Assembly: GCA_002269645.1 (NCBI GenBank)
Contig: NIVC01000326.1
Location: 124,001-188,000, forward strand
Reading direction: 5' to 3'
DNA from: Macrostomum lignano
Taxonomy: Eukaryota
Length of the DNA: 64,000 bases
The notes under the pieces are model-generated. The model was not told where the DNA came from. It saw only the letters and a list, made by a program, of their open reading frames with translations, and did no database searches. Each line of letters opens with the position of its first letter. Position 1 is the stretch's first letter. The position numbers were made by a program, and so were the translations under genes. Positions 43,301-61,576 of the stretch are shown one piece after another.

Positions 43301-44099
43301 TGTAATTTTAAGTATTAATTTTTCTGGACCACTGAGAGATTCAACTACTTAAAAACAATTTATTTATAAGAGCACTTCGATCATATACTACTGTTAAAAG
43401 TAGAGGATAATAAAAACCTATTTTCTTTTTCAACCTCTCGACCCTTTAATTCGTGCTCACTTGTGACTGTGTACGCGCACAAATTGCAATGCATAAAATG
43501 AGTAATTTATTGCAAGTAATAATTAACTTTGCACCTGCCTTGTGCAAAATAGTTTTAAATTACGAGCGTAATTAAAATATCTGATGCGCTCTGCTGTAGA
43601 GAGACACGTGTGCAGCCGTTTCATCGTGAATTATGCAATACAAACTTATTGAAGCCCATTCCTAGCAACATAACAGAAACTGTCTGTCTTGTCTTTTCTT
43701 ATTTTGTTTCAGAAGTATTTTCAAAGCGATCTGGCTTTAAGCTTTAAGCTGCAGGGGTAGGTTGAGATTAGGGAACTGCTTCTGGAAGGTGATGTCAACG
43801 TCCAGGAGACGGCGGGTGGTCTTCATCGCTTTCCCTGTGACACAGAGCTCGGGGGGAGGGTGTGGAGGGGCCCCCCACAAAGGCTGGTTTGATAAGTGCG
43901 CCCTTTCACCTGAAACTCGGCTGTAGACAAGACAAATAGCGAATGAGTATTCCGAGGCGAGTAGCCTCAGCTCATCCCGGAATGTTTTTGTGCATTTTTG
44001 CAATCATTTTTGCAATTAGTACGTAAATTAAACGTTATTGAAAATTCAATTTTGATAATTCAATTAAATTTGGATGATAAATAATTCAATTTTAATTAA

Positions 44100-45055
44100 C
44101 AGTAGAACTACCAAGGGGGGGGGAAATTTCCCCCCCCTGACAATTTTTTTTGCTGCGCTGGAACGGAGCAACACAGACACACGAAATTCAAGAACACCGG
44201 CTAACTTTTTGTTGCGCACCTTCTCAAACAAGAATCAAGTCGCCAGCCCTCCGGACCGTCGAGATATTCGACGATTCTGCCAGAAGGTCGGATTTTTCCC
44301 ATAAGCGCTAGTGTATTCAGTACACCCCTGTGCGCCAATCAGCACTGCACCTCAGTGCAGCCTTGCCAAGTCTCCAAATTTCATCAGCACGTCGACCACA
44401 TGTGTCTGCATCAGTTCTGACTTCGTTGGTCACTAGCCTTCACCCAGGTGGAGCTTCTGGACCCTCAACAGCTGTGGCACCAGGTGACTATGGACACCCT
44501 GATGCTGATTTCTCTAGTTTCGCCGATCAAGCCTCGACAATGGGCAAGAATCAACCGTCAGACATTCTTAGCTAGTTTCTCAAGCATACCGTAATCATCC
44601 TGACGCCGTCGGCACCTTCAACAGGTGGCACCAGGTGAGTAAGGACACCAGAGCGTGATTTTTCATCATGCGCCGAACATTTCTGAAGCTCTCAAATTTT
44701 TTTAAGCACGGACATTGCTATAGTTAAGCTTGAACTCATGTTGCTGTATATGTATATTATTATTACACATACTTTTATACATACGAGCTACATACATACT
44801 TTATTTGACAAGCTGTTTAGTTTATTGAACTATAATATAAGAACCCAATAATAATATACGTACGCCGGTCCGAAGGGCTGGCGACTTGATTCTTGTTTGA
44901 GAAGGTGCGCAACAAAAAGTTAGCCGGTGTTCTTGAATTTCGTGTGCCTGCGTTGCTCCGTTCCGGCGCAGCAAAAAAAATTGTCAGGGGGGGGGGAATT
45001 TCCCCCCCCCCCTTGATAGTTTGACGGGCGGAAAAATGGCTTGGTATTCCTACTG
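44100..45055. mobile_element. Internally deleted copy of the TTAA-flanked foldback element
   Basis: TTAA|CAGTAGAACTACCAAG ... CTTGGTATTCCTACTG|TTAA. Confidence 0.75.
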
Positions 45056-48000
45056 TTAATAATTTAGTAAAATTCACATATTCAAAATTTAATTTCAATC
45101 AAAAAATCATACAACTTTAAATAATTAAATATTCAATTTAAATCAACAATTCAATCAATTTGTTGTTCCAGTTTAAATTAAATTAATTAAAAATTAATTA
45201 AAATATCTAATTTAATATTATAGCTTGCACCCCGCCCAAGCCGGCTTGGGCGGGGTGCAAGCATCCAAGCACCGAGGATCAGATTGTCCGGCTCACCCAG
45301 CTCATCAGCGACGGCCATCAGGCGGCCCCTGCCAGGCGGACTTCTGGCGGGCGTACGAGCGTACGAGCGCGAGCGTACGGTTGTTGCTGGGGGGCTGTTT
45401 GTGGAAATCGAATTAACCAAATGGGATTTGCTAATTAGAGTTATGGAACCCAATATGATTATGCCTTTTGATCTAACATTCTAAATCATTTTAGGTAAAA
45501 ATTAGATTTAACGATCATAAATCTTTACTTGCGAGCATAAATATATAGTTATTACAATCGTAGTTGCTGACACCTCAAATTATAGAGTTCGGGGTTTTAC
45601 AAGCTAAAATCAGGATTTGGGATCATAAATCCGGTTTTGGGATAATGATCAGGATTTTGGATCATATAATCAGGATTTGGAACATGAATCAGGATTTGGG
45701 ATCATGAATCAGGATTTGGGATCATGAATCAGGATTTGGGATCATGAATCAGGATTTGGGATCATGAATCAGGATTTGGGATCATGAATCAAGATTTGGG
45801 ATCATGAATCAGGATTTGGGATCATGAATCAGGATTTGGGATCATGAATCAGGATTTGGGATCATGAATCAGGATTTGGGATCATGAATCAGGATTTGGG
45901 ACCATGAATCAGGATTTGGGATCATGAATCAGGATTTGGGATCATGAATTAATTCTTGGGATCATTGCTTAAGATTTGGGATCATTATTTGCATCATTGA
46001 TCATAAATCTTGGGAAAAGGTTAAGAATAGGAACTAGGCCTCTCTGTTCGGATGGCACTCAGAAACTTCGAGTCGCTTAATTTTTACGTCCCCGACTTCT
46101 CATCTTGCAAGCCACTCCTGGGGGGGAGGGGCTCACCTGTCTTCCTCCATCTTCGTTTCTCCTTTCACGGCGAATATCCCAATCCCAAGGGGAGTCCCGT
46201 CCGTCCTAGTTAGAGCCTCATTCTTACCGACAGCTCCGCGGGCCTTCGAGACTCGGCGAGGAGCTGGCGGAGGTCAAGCGCCCTGCCACCAAAGTGGCTC
46301 CCCAGAGTGGGGATAATTCTCCCAGTTGGTAGCCGGATGACAAGCTTGGAGACTTTTCCACCCTCCCAGATCTCCCGAAAATCCCCGAGTCGAAGTTGAG
46401 TGGCAGGAGGAGCATCTTATCGATACCCAAATCCCGAGTAGGGCCTTTCGAACTCGTGAAAAATCAATATTTTTCAAAATCGGCCTATTCAGAGAGATGA
46501 AGCCGGTCTCTAATTTCGAGCTGGAGTTGAGCAGCCTGGAATTTGATTAGCCAGGGGGTCAGGGGTTCGACTTCTGCGGATCTGCTCAGTCCTGCATATT
46601 GACTAATGGATTGCTTCTGCGCTCCCTTCGTGCTTTCCATTCTGGCTGTCATTGAGATGCGCGCAGTCACTGCGCTCCCATTTCTGACTCATAATGGGGA
46701 TCTGGGATAGTGAATGGGGATCTGTGATAGTGAATGGGGATCTGAGATAGTGAATGGGGATCTGGGATAGTGAATGGGGATCTGAGATATTGAATGGGGA
46801 TCTGGGATAGTGAATGGGGATCTGGGACAGTGAATGGGATCTGGGACAGTGAATGGGGATCTGGGATAGTGAATGGGGATCTGGGACAGTGAATGGGGAT
46901 ATGGGCCAGTGAATGGGGATCTGAGATATTGAATGGGGATCTGGGATAGAGAATGGGGATCTGGGACAGTGAATGGGATCTGGGATAGTTAATGGGGATC
47001 TGGGACAGTGAATGGGGATCTGGGATAGTGAATGGGGATCTGGGACAGTGAATGGGGATATGGGCCAGTGAATGGGGATCTGAGATATTGAATGGGGATC
47101 TGGGATAGTGAATGGGGATCTGGGACAGTGAATGGGATCTGGGATAGTTAATGGGGATCTGGGACAGTGAATAGGGATCTGGGATAGTGAATGAGGATCT
47201 GGGATAGTTAATGGGGATCTGGGACAGTGAATAGGGATCTGGGATAGTGAATGAGGATCTGGGATAGTGAATGGGGATCTGGGACAGTGAATGGGATCTG
47301 GGATAGTTAATGGGGATCTGGGACAGTGAATAGGGATCTGGGATAGTGAATAGGGATCTATGGTAGTGAATGGGAATCTAAGATACTAAATGGGTATCTC
47401 GGTCATAGTGAATGTTGATCTGGGATGGGATGTTGAATGAGGATTTCAAGACTAAACGGGCATCAAAGTAATTCCAGGGCAAAATCTAAATTGTAATAAA
47501 ATCGCAGACAGTTCTTGATTGGAGGATAATGTCCAGCTGATCCCGCACTGCAGTTATGTCCCACCGCCAGCAAAGCTGTTTGATGACGACTGCGATGATG
47601 TCCCGACGAAGATTGCTGAGCCTGGAGGCTGGCAGCTGGGAAGCCGGGAGAAGTTGCTCGAGCCGCTGCGTATTTATCTTCCACATCCCACCTGATCCCC
47701 GCGCTGATCCCATGCGCAAATTGCCCCAACGGGGAGCAGAGAGGGGGCTGGAATGAATATGCAAATTCGCCTCACGCTCAGTGAAGCGAGGGGACCCTAA
47801 AACATCGCCCAAGCCTCATCAACTACAAGTGCAGTCTCCAACTTGGAGCCTGCAGCCCTAGCAACATAGTATTCCGCCTCGCAGACACATTAGTTCCGGT
47901 TCGGGCATGGAACCCCGTGACCTAGATGTAGAGCTTTTGCAAGATCTGGTGCACCTCTGCTGAGTTCCCGCTCGCTGAGTTTGCGGACAAATTAAATAGA

Positions 48001-48078
48001 AAGACGCTTCCCTGATGCGGCAGTATAACAAAGAGTATAGCGGAGACTGACAACTGACCCGTGCCCGACCGCGCTCAG

Positions 48079-52926
<4,848 letters not shown>

Positions 52927-54079
52927 AAGCAGAGGCGTCTGTAAATATTTCTGCAACACTGCATGGTTAAGCAATCTTCGATACCGAATTCCTTTTATCA
53001 GCATTCGTTTTGTCACCTTTTGCAAGTTGACTAAGAGGTGCAGGTTAAGCAGATTTGGGAGCGGTTAGTACACAGATAAATCAGGCTGCTTGAAATACTT
53101 ATCAACCCTTCGCGACAGCCCCTGCTGGGGTAACTGAGGCTGTGTGTGGCGACCCCCCAGTCCTCGGACTGAACAGCCGTACGCAGCCTTCGGAGGCGCC
53201 GAGCAATAGCTGCGGCTGAGCTGTCGGTTGCACATCTGGTTTGAGTTGGGGCAGGTGCGATCAATAATTACTATATTATTGTAATTTTAAGTATTAATTT
53301 TTCTGGACCACTGAGAGATTCAACTACTTAAAAACAATTTATTTATAAGAGCACTTCGATCATATACTACTGTTAAAAGTAGAGGATAATAAAAACCTAT
53401 TTTCTTTTTCAACCTCTCGACCCTTTAATTCGTGCTCACTTGTGACTGTGTACGCGCACAAATTGCAATGCATAAAATGAGTAATTTATTGCAAGTAATA
53501 ATTAACTTTGCACCTGCCTTGTGCAAAATAGTTTTAAATTACGAGCGTAATTAAAATATCTGATGCGCTCTGCTGTAGAGAGACACGTGTGCAGCCGTTT
53601 CATCGTGAATTATGCAATACAAACTTATTGAAGCCCATTCCTAGCAACATAACAGAAACTGTCTGTCTTGTCTTTTCTTATTTTGTTTCAGAAGTATTTT
53701 CAAAGCGATCTGGCTTTAAGCTTTAAGCTGCAGGGGTAGGTTGAGATTAGGGAACTGCTTCTGGAAGGTGATGTCAACGTCCAGGAGACGGCGGGTGGTC
53801 TTCATCGCTTTCCCTGTGACACAGAGCTCGGGGGGAGGGTGTGGAGGGGCCCCCCCACAAAGGCTGGTTTGATAAGTGCGCCCTTTCACCTGAAACTCGG
53901 CTGTAGACAAGACAAATAGCGAATGAGTATTCCGAGGCGAGTAGCCTCAGCTCATCCCGGAATGTTTTTGTGCATTTTTGCAATCATTTTTGCAATTAGT
54001 ACGTAAATTAAACGTTATTGAAAATTCAATTTTGATAATTCAATTAAATTTGGATGATAAATAATTCAATTTTAATTAA

Positions 54080-55823
54080 CAGTAGAACTACCAAGGGGGG
54101 GGGAAATTTCCCCCCCCTGACAATTTTTTTTGCTGCGCTGGAACGGAGCAACACAGACACACGAAATTCAAGAACACCGGCTAACTTTTTGTTGCGCACC
54201 TTCTCAAACAAGAATCAAGTCGCCAGCCCTCCGGACCGTCGAGATATTCGACGATTCTGCCAGAAGGTCGGATTTTTCCCATAAGCGCTAGTGTATTCAG
54301 TACACCCCTGTGCGCCAATCAGCACTGCACCTCAGTGCAGCCTTGCCAAGTCTCCAAATTTCATCAGCACGTCGACCACATGTGTCTGCATCAGTTCTGA
54401 CTTCGTTGGTCACTAGCCTTCACCCAGGTGGAGCTTCTGGACCCTCAACAGCTGTGGCACCAGGTGACTATGGACACCCTGATGCTGATTTCTCTAGTTT
54501 CGCCGATCAAGCCTCGACAATGGGCAAGAATCAACCGTCAGACATTCTTAGCTAGTTTCTCAAGCATACCGTAATCATCCTGACGCCGTCGGCACCTTCA
54601 ACAGGTGGCACCAGGTGAGTAAGGACACCAGAGCGTGATTTTTCATCATGCGCCGAACATTTCTGAAGCTCTCAAATTTTTTTAAGCACGGACATTGCTA
54701 TAGTTAAGCTTGAACTCATGTTGCTGTATATGTATATTATTATTACACATACTTTTATACATACGAGCTACATACATACTTTATTTGACAAGCTGTTTAG
54801 TTTATTGAACTATAATATAAGAACCCAATAATAATATACATATACAGCAACATGAGTTTAAGCTTAACTATAGCAATGTCCGTGCTTAAAAAAATTTGAG
54901 AGCTTCAGAAATGTTCGGCGCATGATGAAAAATCACGCTCTGGTGTCCTTACTCACCTCGTGCCACCTGTTGAAGGTGCCGACGGCGTCGGGATGATGAC
55001 GGAATGCTCGAGAGACTAGCTGAGAATGTCCGGTAGTTGAGGTTTGCCCATTATTGAAGCTTGATAAGAAAAATCTGACATAGTTCCAACAGGATCTTCA
55101 TAGTCACCTGGTGCCACCTGTTGAAGGTGCCGACGGCGTCGGGGTGATGGCTGAATGCTTGACTGACTAGCTGAGGATGTCCAGCAGTTGATTTTTGCCC
55201 ACTGTCGAGGCTTGATCAGCGAAACTAGAGAAATTCTTATCAGGCTGTCCATAGTCACCTGGTGTAATCTGTTGAAGGAGCCGACGGCGTCGGAATGATG
55301 ACGGAATGCTTGAGAGACTAGCTGAGAATGTCTGGCGGCTTATTCTTGCCCACTGTCGAGGCTTGATCGGCGAAACTAGAGAAATCCGCATCAGTGTGTC
55401 CATAGTCACCTGGTGCCACAGCTGTTGAGGGTCCAGAAGCTCCACCTGGGTGAAGGCTAGTGACCAACGAAGTCAGAACTGATGCAGACACATGTGGTCG
55501 ACGTGCTGATGAAATTTGGAGACTTGGCAAGGCTGCACTGAGGCGCAGTGCTGATTGGCGCACAGGGGTGTACTGAATACACTAGCGCTTATGGGAAAAA
55601 TCCGACCTTCTGGCAGAATCGTCGAATATCTCGACGGTCCGAAGGGCTGGCGACTTGATTCTTGTTTGAGAAGGTGCGCAACAAAAAGTTAGCCGGTGTT
55701 CTTGAATTTCGTGTGCCTGCGTTGCTCCGTTCCGGCGCAGCAAAAAAAATTGTCAGGGGGGGGGGAATTTCCCCCCCCCCTTGATAGTTTGACGGGCGGA
55801 AAAATGGCTTGGTATTCCTACTG
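54080..55823. mobile_element. Non-autonomous piggyBac-like foldback element with long inverted arms and internal 151-bp repeats
   Basis: TTAA on both sides and imperfect 16-bp TIRs. The left arm (54080-~54745) is the reverse complement of the right arm (~54829-55823), separated by an ~85-bp spacer. No transposase ORF. Confidence 0.8.
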
Positions 55824-55992
55824 TTAATAATTTAGTAAAATTCACATATTCAAAATTTAATTTCAATCAAAAAATCATACAACTTTAAATAATTAAATAT
55901 TCAATTTAAATCAACAATTCAATCAATTTGTTGTTCCAGTTTAAATTAAATTAATTAAAAATTAATTAAAATATCTAATTTAATATTATAGC

Positions 55993-57916
55993 TTGCACCC
56001 CGCCCAAGCCGGCTTGGGCGGGGTGCAAGCATCCAAGCACCGAGGATCAGATTGTCCGGCTCACCCAGCTCATCAGCGACGGCCATCAGGCGGCCCCTGC
56101 CAGGCGGACTTCTGGCGGGCGTACGACACCGTCTGGAAGCAGGGCCTGCTGCACAAGCTGCACAACGCCGGCATCCCAGCGGCCGGGGTCCGCTGGCTCA
56201 GCAGCTTCCTGGCCGATCGCCGCGCTGCCGTCAGAGTGGACGGCGCGCTGAGCAGCTGGCGGCTCTTCCGCGAGGGCCTGCCACAGGGGAGTGTCCTTGC
56301 CCCTCTGCTCTCTGCGCTGTACATCGACGACCTGCCTGACCACCTGCCATACGACTGCACGCCGTTCCTCTACGCCGACGACCTGGCCATCGCAGTGCAA
56401 GGCCTGACCGTGGAGGAGGCCGAGACGAAGGCGCAGGCTGCGATCGACGCGGTCTCCGACTGGGCGAGCGAGTGGCGGATGGAGCTGGCGCCGAACAAGT
56501 GCGCCGCTTCCCTGTTCACCACCACCGCCGGAGAGGCCAGCCGCGAGCTGCGTCTGCGGCTGAACGACGCCCCGCTCTCGACGGACCGCCAGCCGCGCTT
56601 CCTCGGCGTCATCCTGGACCAGCTGCTGAGCTTCTCGGCGCACGCCGCTAACGTCGCCGGCCGCGCCCGCGCCCGCTGCGGCGTTCTGGCGGCGCTGTCT
56701 GGCAGCAACTGGGGCACCAAGCAGAGCGTCGTGCGCCAGCTCTACACGGCCTCCGTGCGGCCGGTGCTGAAGTACGCTGCCGGCGCCTGGATGCCGACGG
56801 CCTGCAGGACAGCTATCGACCACCTGGACCGGGCCCAGCGCCTGGGCGCGCGCATCCTCACCGGGTGTCCGCAGAACACCAGGTCGGAGGTGCTGGAGCG
56901 CGAGACTGGACTGCCGCCGATGGCAGTCCGCGCGGAAATGCACGCCGGCCTCCTCTACGAGCGCGCCCTCCGGCTGCCGCCCGACAACCCGCTGCGCGCC
57001 TGCGCGGCCAGCGTCGGCCCGCGCCGCCGCCTCCAAAGCGCCCGCGGCTGGCGCGAGGCGGCGGCCAGCGTCTGCAGCGCTGCGGGCCTGGGCGGCCACC
57101 CGCGAGAGCCCGTCTACGCTGTCCCGACGACACCTCCCTGGGCTGTGATGGACTCCGTCACCTTCGGGCTGCAGCTGGCCTCCCCAACCTCGCGGGGGGA
57201 CCTGCCGGAGGCCCGGAGAGCCGCGGCGGAGCAGATGCTCGCCGCCCTGTCGCCCGCCGGCACCGTGGTCTGGACCGACGGAGCGGCGAAGGACGGAATC
57301 CTGGACGGCAGCAGCGGCGTCTTGGTCGAGCCCAACAACACGCTGTGCGTCGCTGCTGGCCATATGACGTCCAGGTTCCACGCCGAGTTAGTGGCCATTG
57401 CTGAGGTCCATCGGTGGGTGCTCGCGGCCCCGGACCCTGCAGAGCTGTCGCCGGTCCGCATCTGCTCTAACTCCCTGAGCGCGCTTAGCGCGCTCGCGTC
57501 CGGCCCCGGGTCGACGGGCGCCACCCACCATGATCGACGCCGTCTGGGCCAGCCTCGCCGACCTCGCGGCCCGGAGAAACTCGGTCCACAGCCAGTGGGT
57601 GCCTGGTCACGCGGGAATCCCCGTCAACGAGGCCGTGGACGAGATCACCAAGCGAGGCTCCACGCTGGCGCAAGGCGCCGCGCCCGTCCTGTTGGCTGCC
57701 GCGCAGGCTGCCGTCCGCCGCCACTGCCTCGCCCGCTGGCACCAGATCTACAACGCGGCGGCCACCGAGGCGGCGAGCACGAGCTCGCTTGCCTGGCACC
57801 TTGCCTGCATGGCGGGCCGCCTGCCGCCTCCGCCGACGAGCGACTTCACGCGGCGGCAGGAGCGGCTGATCTGCCAGCTGCGCGCCGACCGCTGCTCGGC
57901 CCTGCGGGGCTTCCCA
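55993..57916 (+). mobile_element. 5'-truncated, frameshifted LINE remnant with RT and RNase H (I/ingi-like group)
   Basis: LHPAQAG, STEDQIVRL (shifted frame), DFWRAYDTVW, GLPQGSVLAPLL, LYADDLAI and RFLGVILDQ (RT). VWTDG, AELVAI and, after a frameshift near 57520, WVPGHAGIPVNEAVD (RNase H). Confidence 0.93.
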
Positions 57917-59142
57917 ATGTCAATGTCACTGTCACCGTCAATGTCACTGTCACTGTCACTGTCACTTTCACTGTCACTGTCAATGTCACTGTCAATGTCA
58001 ATGTCACTGTCACTGTCAATGTCACTGTCAATGTCAATGTCACTGTCACTGTCAATGTCACTGTCACTGTCACTGTCACTGTCACTGTCAATGTCACTGT
58101 CACTGTCACTGTCACTGTCACTGTCAATGTCACTGTCACTGTCACTGTCAATGTCACTGCCAATGTCACTGTCACTGTCAATGTCACTGTCACTGTCACT
58201 GTCAATGTCACTGTCACTGTCAATGTTACTGTGACTGTCAATGTCAATGTCAATGTCACTGTCACTGTCACTGTCACTGTCAATGTCACTGTCACTGTCA
58301 CTGTCACTGTCAATGTCACTGTCACTGTCAATGTCACTGTCACTGTCAATGTCACTGTAACTGTCAATGTCACTGTCACTGTCACTGTCAATGTCACTGT
58401 CACTGTCACTGTCAATGTCACTGTCACTTTCACTGTCACTGTCACTGTCACTGTCAATGTCAATGTCACTGTCAATGTCACTGTCAATGTCACTGTCACT
58501 GTCACTGTCAATGTCAATGTCACTGTCACTGTCAATGCCAATGTCAATATCACTGTCAATGTCACTGTCAATATCACTGTCAATGTCACTGTCAATGTCA
58601 CTGTCAATGTCACTGTCACTGTCACTGTCAATGTCAATGTCACTGTCACTGTCAATGCCAATGTCAATATCACTGTCAATGTCACTGTCAATGTCACTGT
58701 CAATGTCACTGTCACTGTCACTGTCAATGTCACTGTCACTGTCACTGTCACTGTCACTGTCACTGTCAATGTCACTGTCAATGTCACTGTCAATGTCACT
58801 GTCACTGTCACTGTCACTGTCAATGTCAATGTCACTGTCACTGTCACTGTCACGGTCACTGTCACTGTCACGGTCACTGTCACTGTCACTGTCAATGTCA
58901 ATGTCACTGTCAATGTCACCGTCAATGTCAATGTCACTGTCACTGTCACTGTCACTGTCAATGTCACTTTCACTGTCACTGTCAATGTCACTGTCACTGT
59001 CAATGTCACTGTCACTGTCACTGTCACTGTCAATGTCACTTTCACTGTCACTGTCAATGTCACTGTCACTGTCAATGTCACTGTCACTGTCACTGTCACT
59101 GTCAATGTCACTGTCACTGTCAATGTTACTGTGACTGTCACT
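57917..59142. repeat. (GTCACT/GTCAAT)n hexamer microsatellite
   Basis: Directly visible; produces the poly-VT/VN tail of the 1087-aa ORF. Confidence 0.97.
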
Positions 59143-59441
59143 ACTGTAATTACTTCAGATTCGGCTTCATTTCATGCAAGCACAGCTATGTTGGCCGTGC
59201 ACCATTTTAATCTCTGCCAACCGATTCAAGCGCTTCGTGACTGGCAAGCGTCATAATTACAGATGCCAGCCAATAACGAGAGATTCTAGTGTAATGTTTA
59301 ATATATTGCGATACGGCAAAGAGTTTAGGCCTGAGACAAACCTTCTGGATTGATCGGAGATTTTAAAGCTACTAGTCCTATTTGCCTACCTATCGCCGGT
59401 CGGCGAGTGCTCCCAAGCTGTCTCCAATAGTCGCAGGTACG

Positions 59442-59620
59442 CAGTGGCGGATTTAGAGGGGGAGGGGCGCACAGGGCGCGCGCCCCCCGTCGAGTCTGAT
59501 TATTTCTTTTTTTATATGTAAAATACACATTTTCAGGTACATATACGTGTACATGATCTGCATAAACATGCACCTTAGTAGTCTGCGCCCCCCGTTCGAA
59601 AATTTCTTGATCAGCAACTG
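59442..59620. mobile_element. hAT-type MITE, 179 bp
   Basis: Exact 8-bp TSD CAGGTACG at 59434-59441 and 59621-59628. Imperfect TIRs CAGTGGCGGAT / ATCAGCAACTG. Confidence 0.85.
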
Positions 59621-61044
59621 CAGGTACGGTACAAGTCAATGAAGAACACGGTTGAACACGATTCCAGATAGATTTAGACTGAGTGATGATCCTATTTTTA
59701 TAACGATACTGACTGACACTAAGACTCGAATTAATTAATTTGATTAAGTAATAATTACACGAGTTAGATAACGCAATTCGCAAACGCAATTTAATACTTG
59801 AATAATAATAATAAAATAAATACCGCAAATTGACGAGCGGATCTCAGCACTGGCAGAGGACGTGAACAGATAAAACCAGAACACAGGACTAACGGAAAAA
59901 ACACCCTCAACACCTGGCCTAATCCCAAAGGTCCTACTCTCAGACGAGGACACTGACGGCTGGACAGTTCATCGAATCTTTGGCCAAATTCTACCAGATA
60001 TGCCCTTCAGTGCAACACTGGGGCCCTCGGGATCGAGGTCGCGTACTGTGTCAAACCGACAGTTCCTATCTCCTCTTGGTGATGATGCCGCTCCTCTTGG
60101 CTCAGGGCGCTCGCTTATATAGTGCTGGAAGCTCAGTGCCTCTCTGTGGCTGAAATCTCCGAGGGCAGACAGGCCCGAAAATTTGACAGTTCTGCCAGCC
60201 TCAGCTCGAGCTCGAGATCTGTCCGTCTGGTCTCATAGTCTGTGGCCAAAACCCCCTCCCAGTAAAGCATTTGCTTCTGTGTAAAGCCGAGTCAAGTTAG
60301 GATTAGACTGTGTACTTTTATCTGAGCTGCTGAGCTTTCAAGTTCAATACTTTTCCTCTTTACAGATGGAGAGAGGCTTAGAGTGCATAGAGCAATAGCA
60401 GAGGAATGTACTGTTCGCGATGGATGAAATGAGTGGGCTGTGGGGGCTTCCAAACTAATTGGAAGAAATTGTTTTTATCGATTGAGAAGCTGTTGAAACC
60501 CGTGGATTTTAAACCCGCTGAATTCCAATCTTCGGAACTATTTTCGCATGTGTTCTTAAATTTGAAGTTATGCTCAAACAATAACTTGTGAATAGTTGGG
60601 ACTTGGGATGGATACAGTTAAACAAAACTTGAATTAAATTTGTGTTAAAAGTATATTTTTGAATAGAATAGAATCTAAGACTACGCAAACGACATCAGGA
60701 AAGTAACCTAACTGAATAATTTTTGAAATTAGGAGATGAAGATGGATGTATGGAATAATTACGCTCACTCACTCACCTTACCTTGAAAACAATAATCATA
60801 AAAGCGGGAGGGCCACTGGTGGGCAGGGAGGACACGATCACGATCCCTAGCAAAAGTTGTGAAAGGGACGTGTTAATGCCGAACCTTGTGCCAAGCAACA
60901 AAAATCAAGAACTTTGCTTCCACGCGCCAAAACGAGTCAACGGTGACCATCAAATCCACGCTCAAATTGCAGGTGATGTTTTTTGAGTTCGTGTGGCGCT
61001 GCAAGCGATTCTGACTCAGGTCGTTGAGAATCTGCCAATGCAAG

Positions 61045-61576
61045 TCCAAACGGTGCTGTGTGGGTGAACTGGGGTGGGTGAATTGGGGTGGGTGAACTGG
61101 GGTGGATGAATTGGGTGGGTGAATTAGGGTGGGTGAACTGGGGTGGGTGAATTAGAGTGGGTGAACTGGGGTGGGCGAATTAGGGTGGGTGAACTGGGGT
61201 GGGCGAATTAGGGTGGGTGAACTGGGGTGGGTGAACTGGGGTGGGCGAATTAGGGTGGGTGAACTGGGGTGGGCGAATTAGGGTGGGTGAACTGGGGTGG
61301 GCGAATTAGGGTGGGTGAACTGGGGTGGGTGAATTAGGGTGGGTGAATTAGGGTGGGTGAACTGGGGTGGGCGAATTAGGGTGGGTGAACTGGGGTGGGT
61401 GAACTGGGGTGGGCGAATTAGGGTGGGTGAACTGGGGTGGGCGAATTAGGGTGGGTGAACTGGGGTGGGTGAACTTGGGTGGGTGAACTGGGGTGGGTGA
61501 ACTTGGGTGGGTGAACTGGGGTGGGTGAATTGGGGTGGGTGAATTGGGTGGGTGATCTAAGGTGGGTGAACTGGGG
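61045..61576. repeat. 15-bp minisatellite (GGGTGGGTGAACTGG); a second short block lies at 63447-63535
   Basis: Directly visible. Confidence 0.95.

Noticed and set aside
54310-55563. Repeated short ORFs (..PGDYGHPDADFSSFADQAS..) in the foldback element as a coding repeat protein
   Set aside because: The period is 151 bp (not a multiple of 3) and each unit ends in a stop
55993-59256. 1087-aa ORF as a single protein
   Set aside because: Chimera of frameshifted LINE RT/RNase H and a hexamer microsatellite
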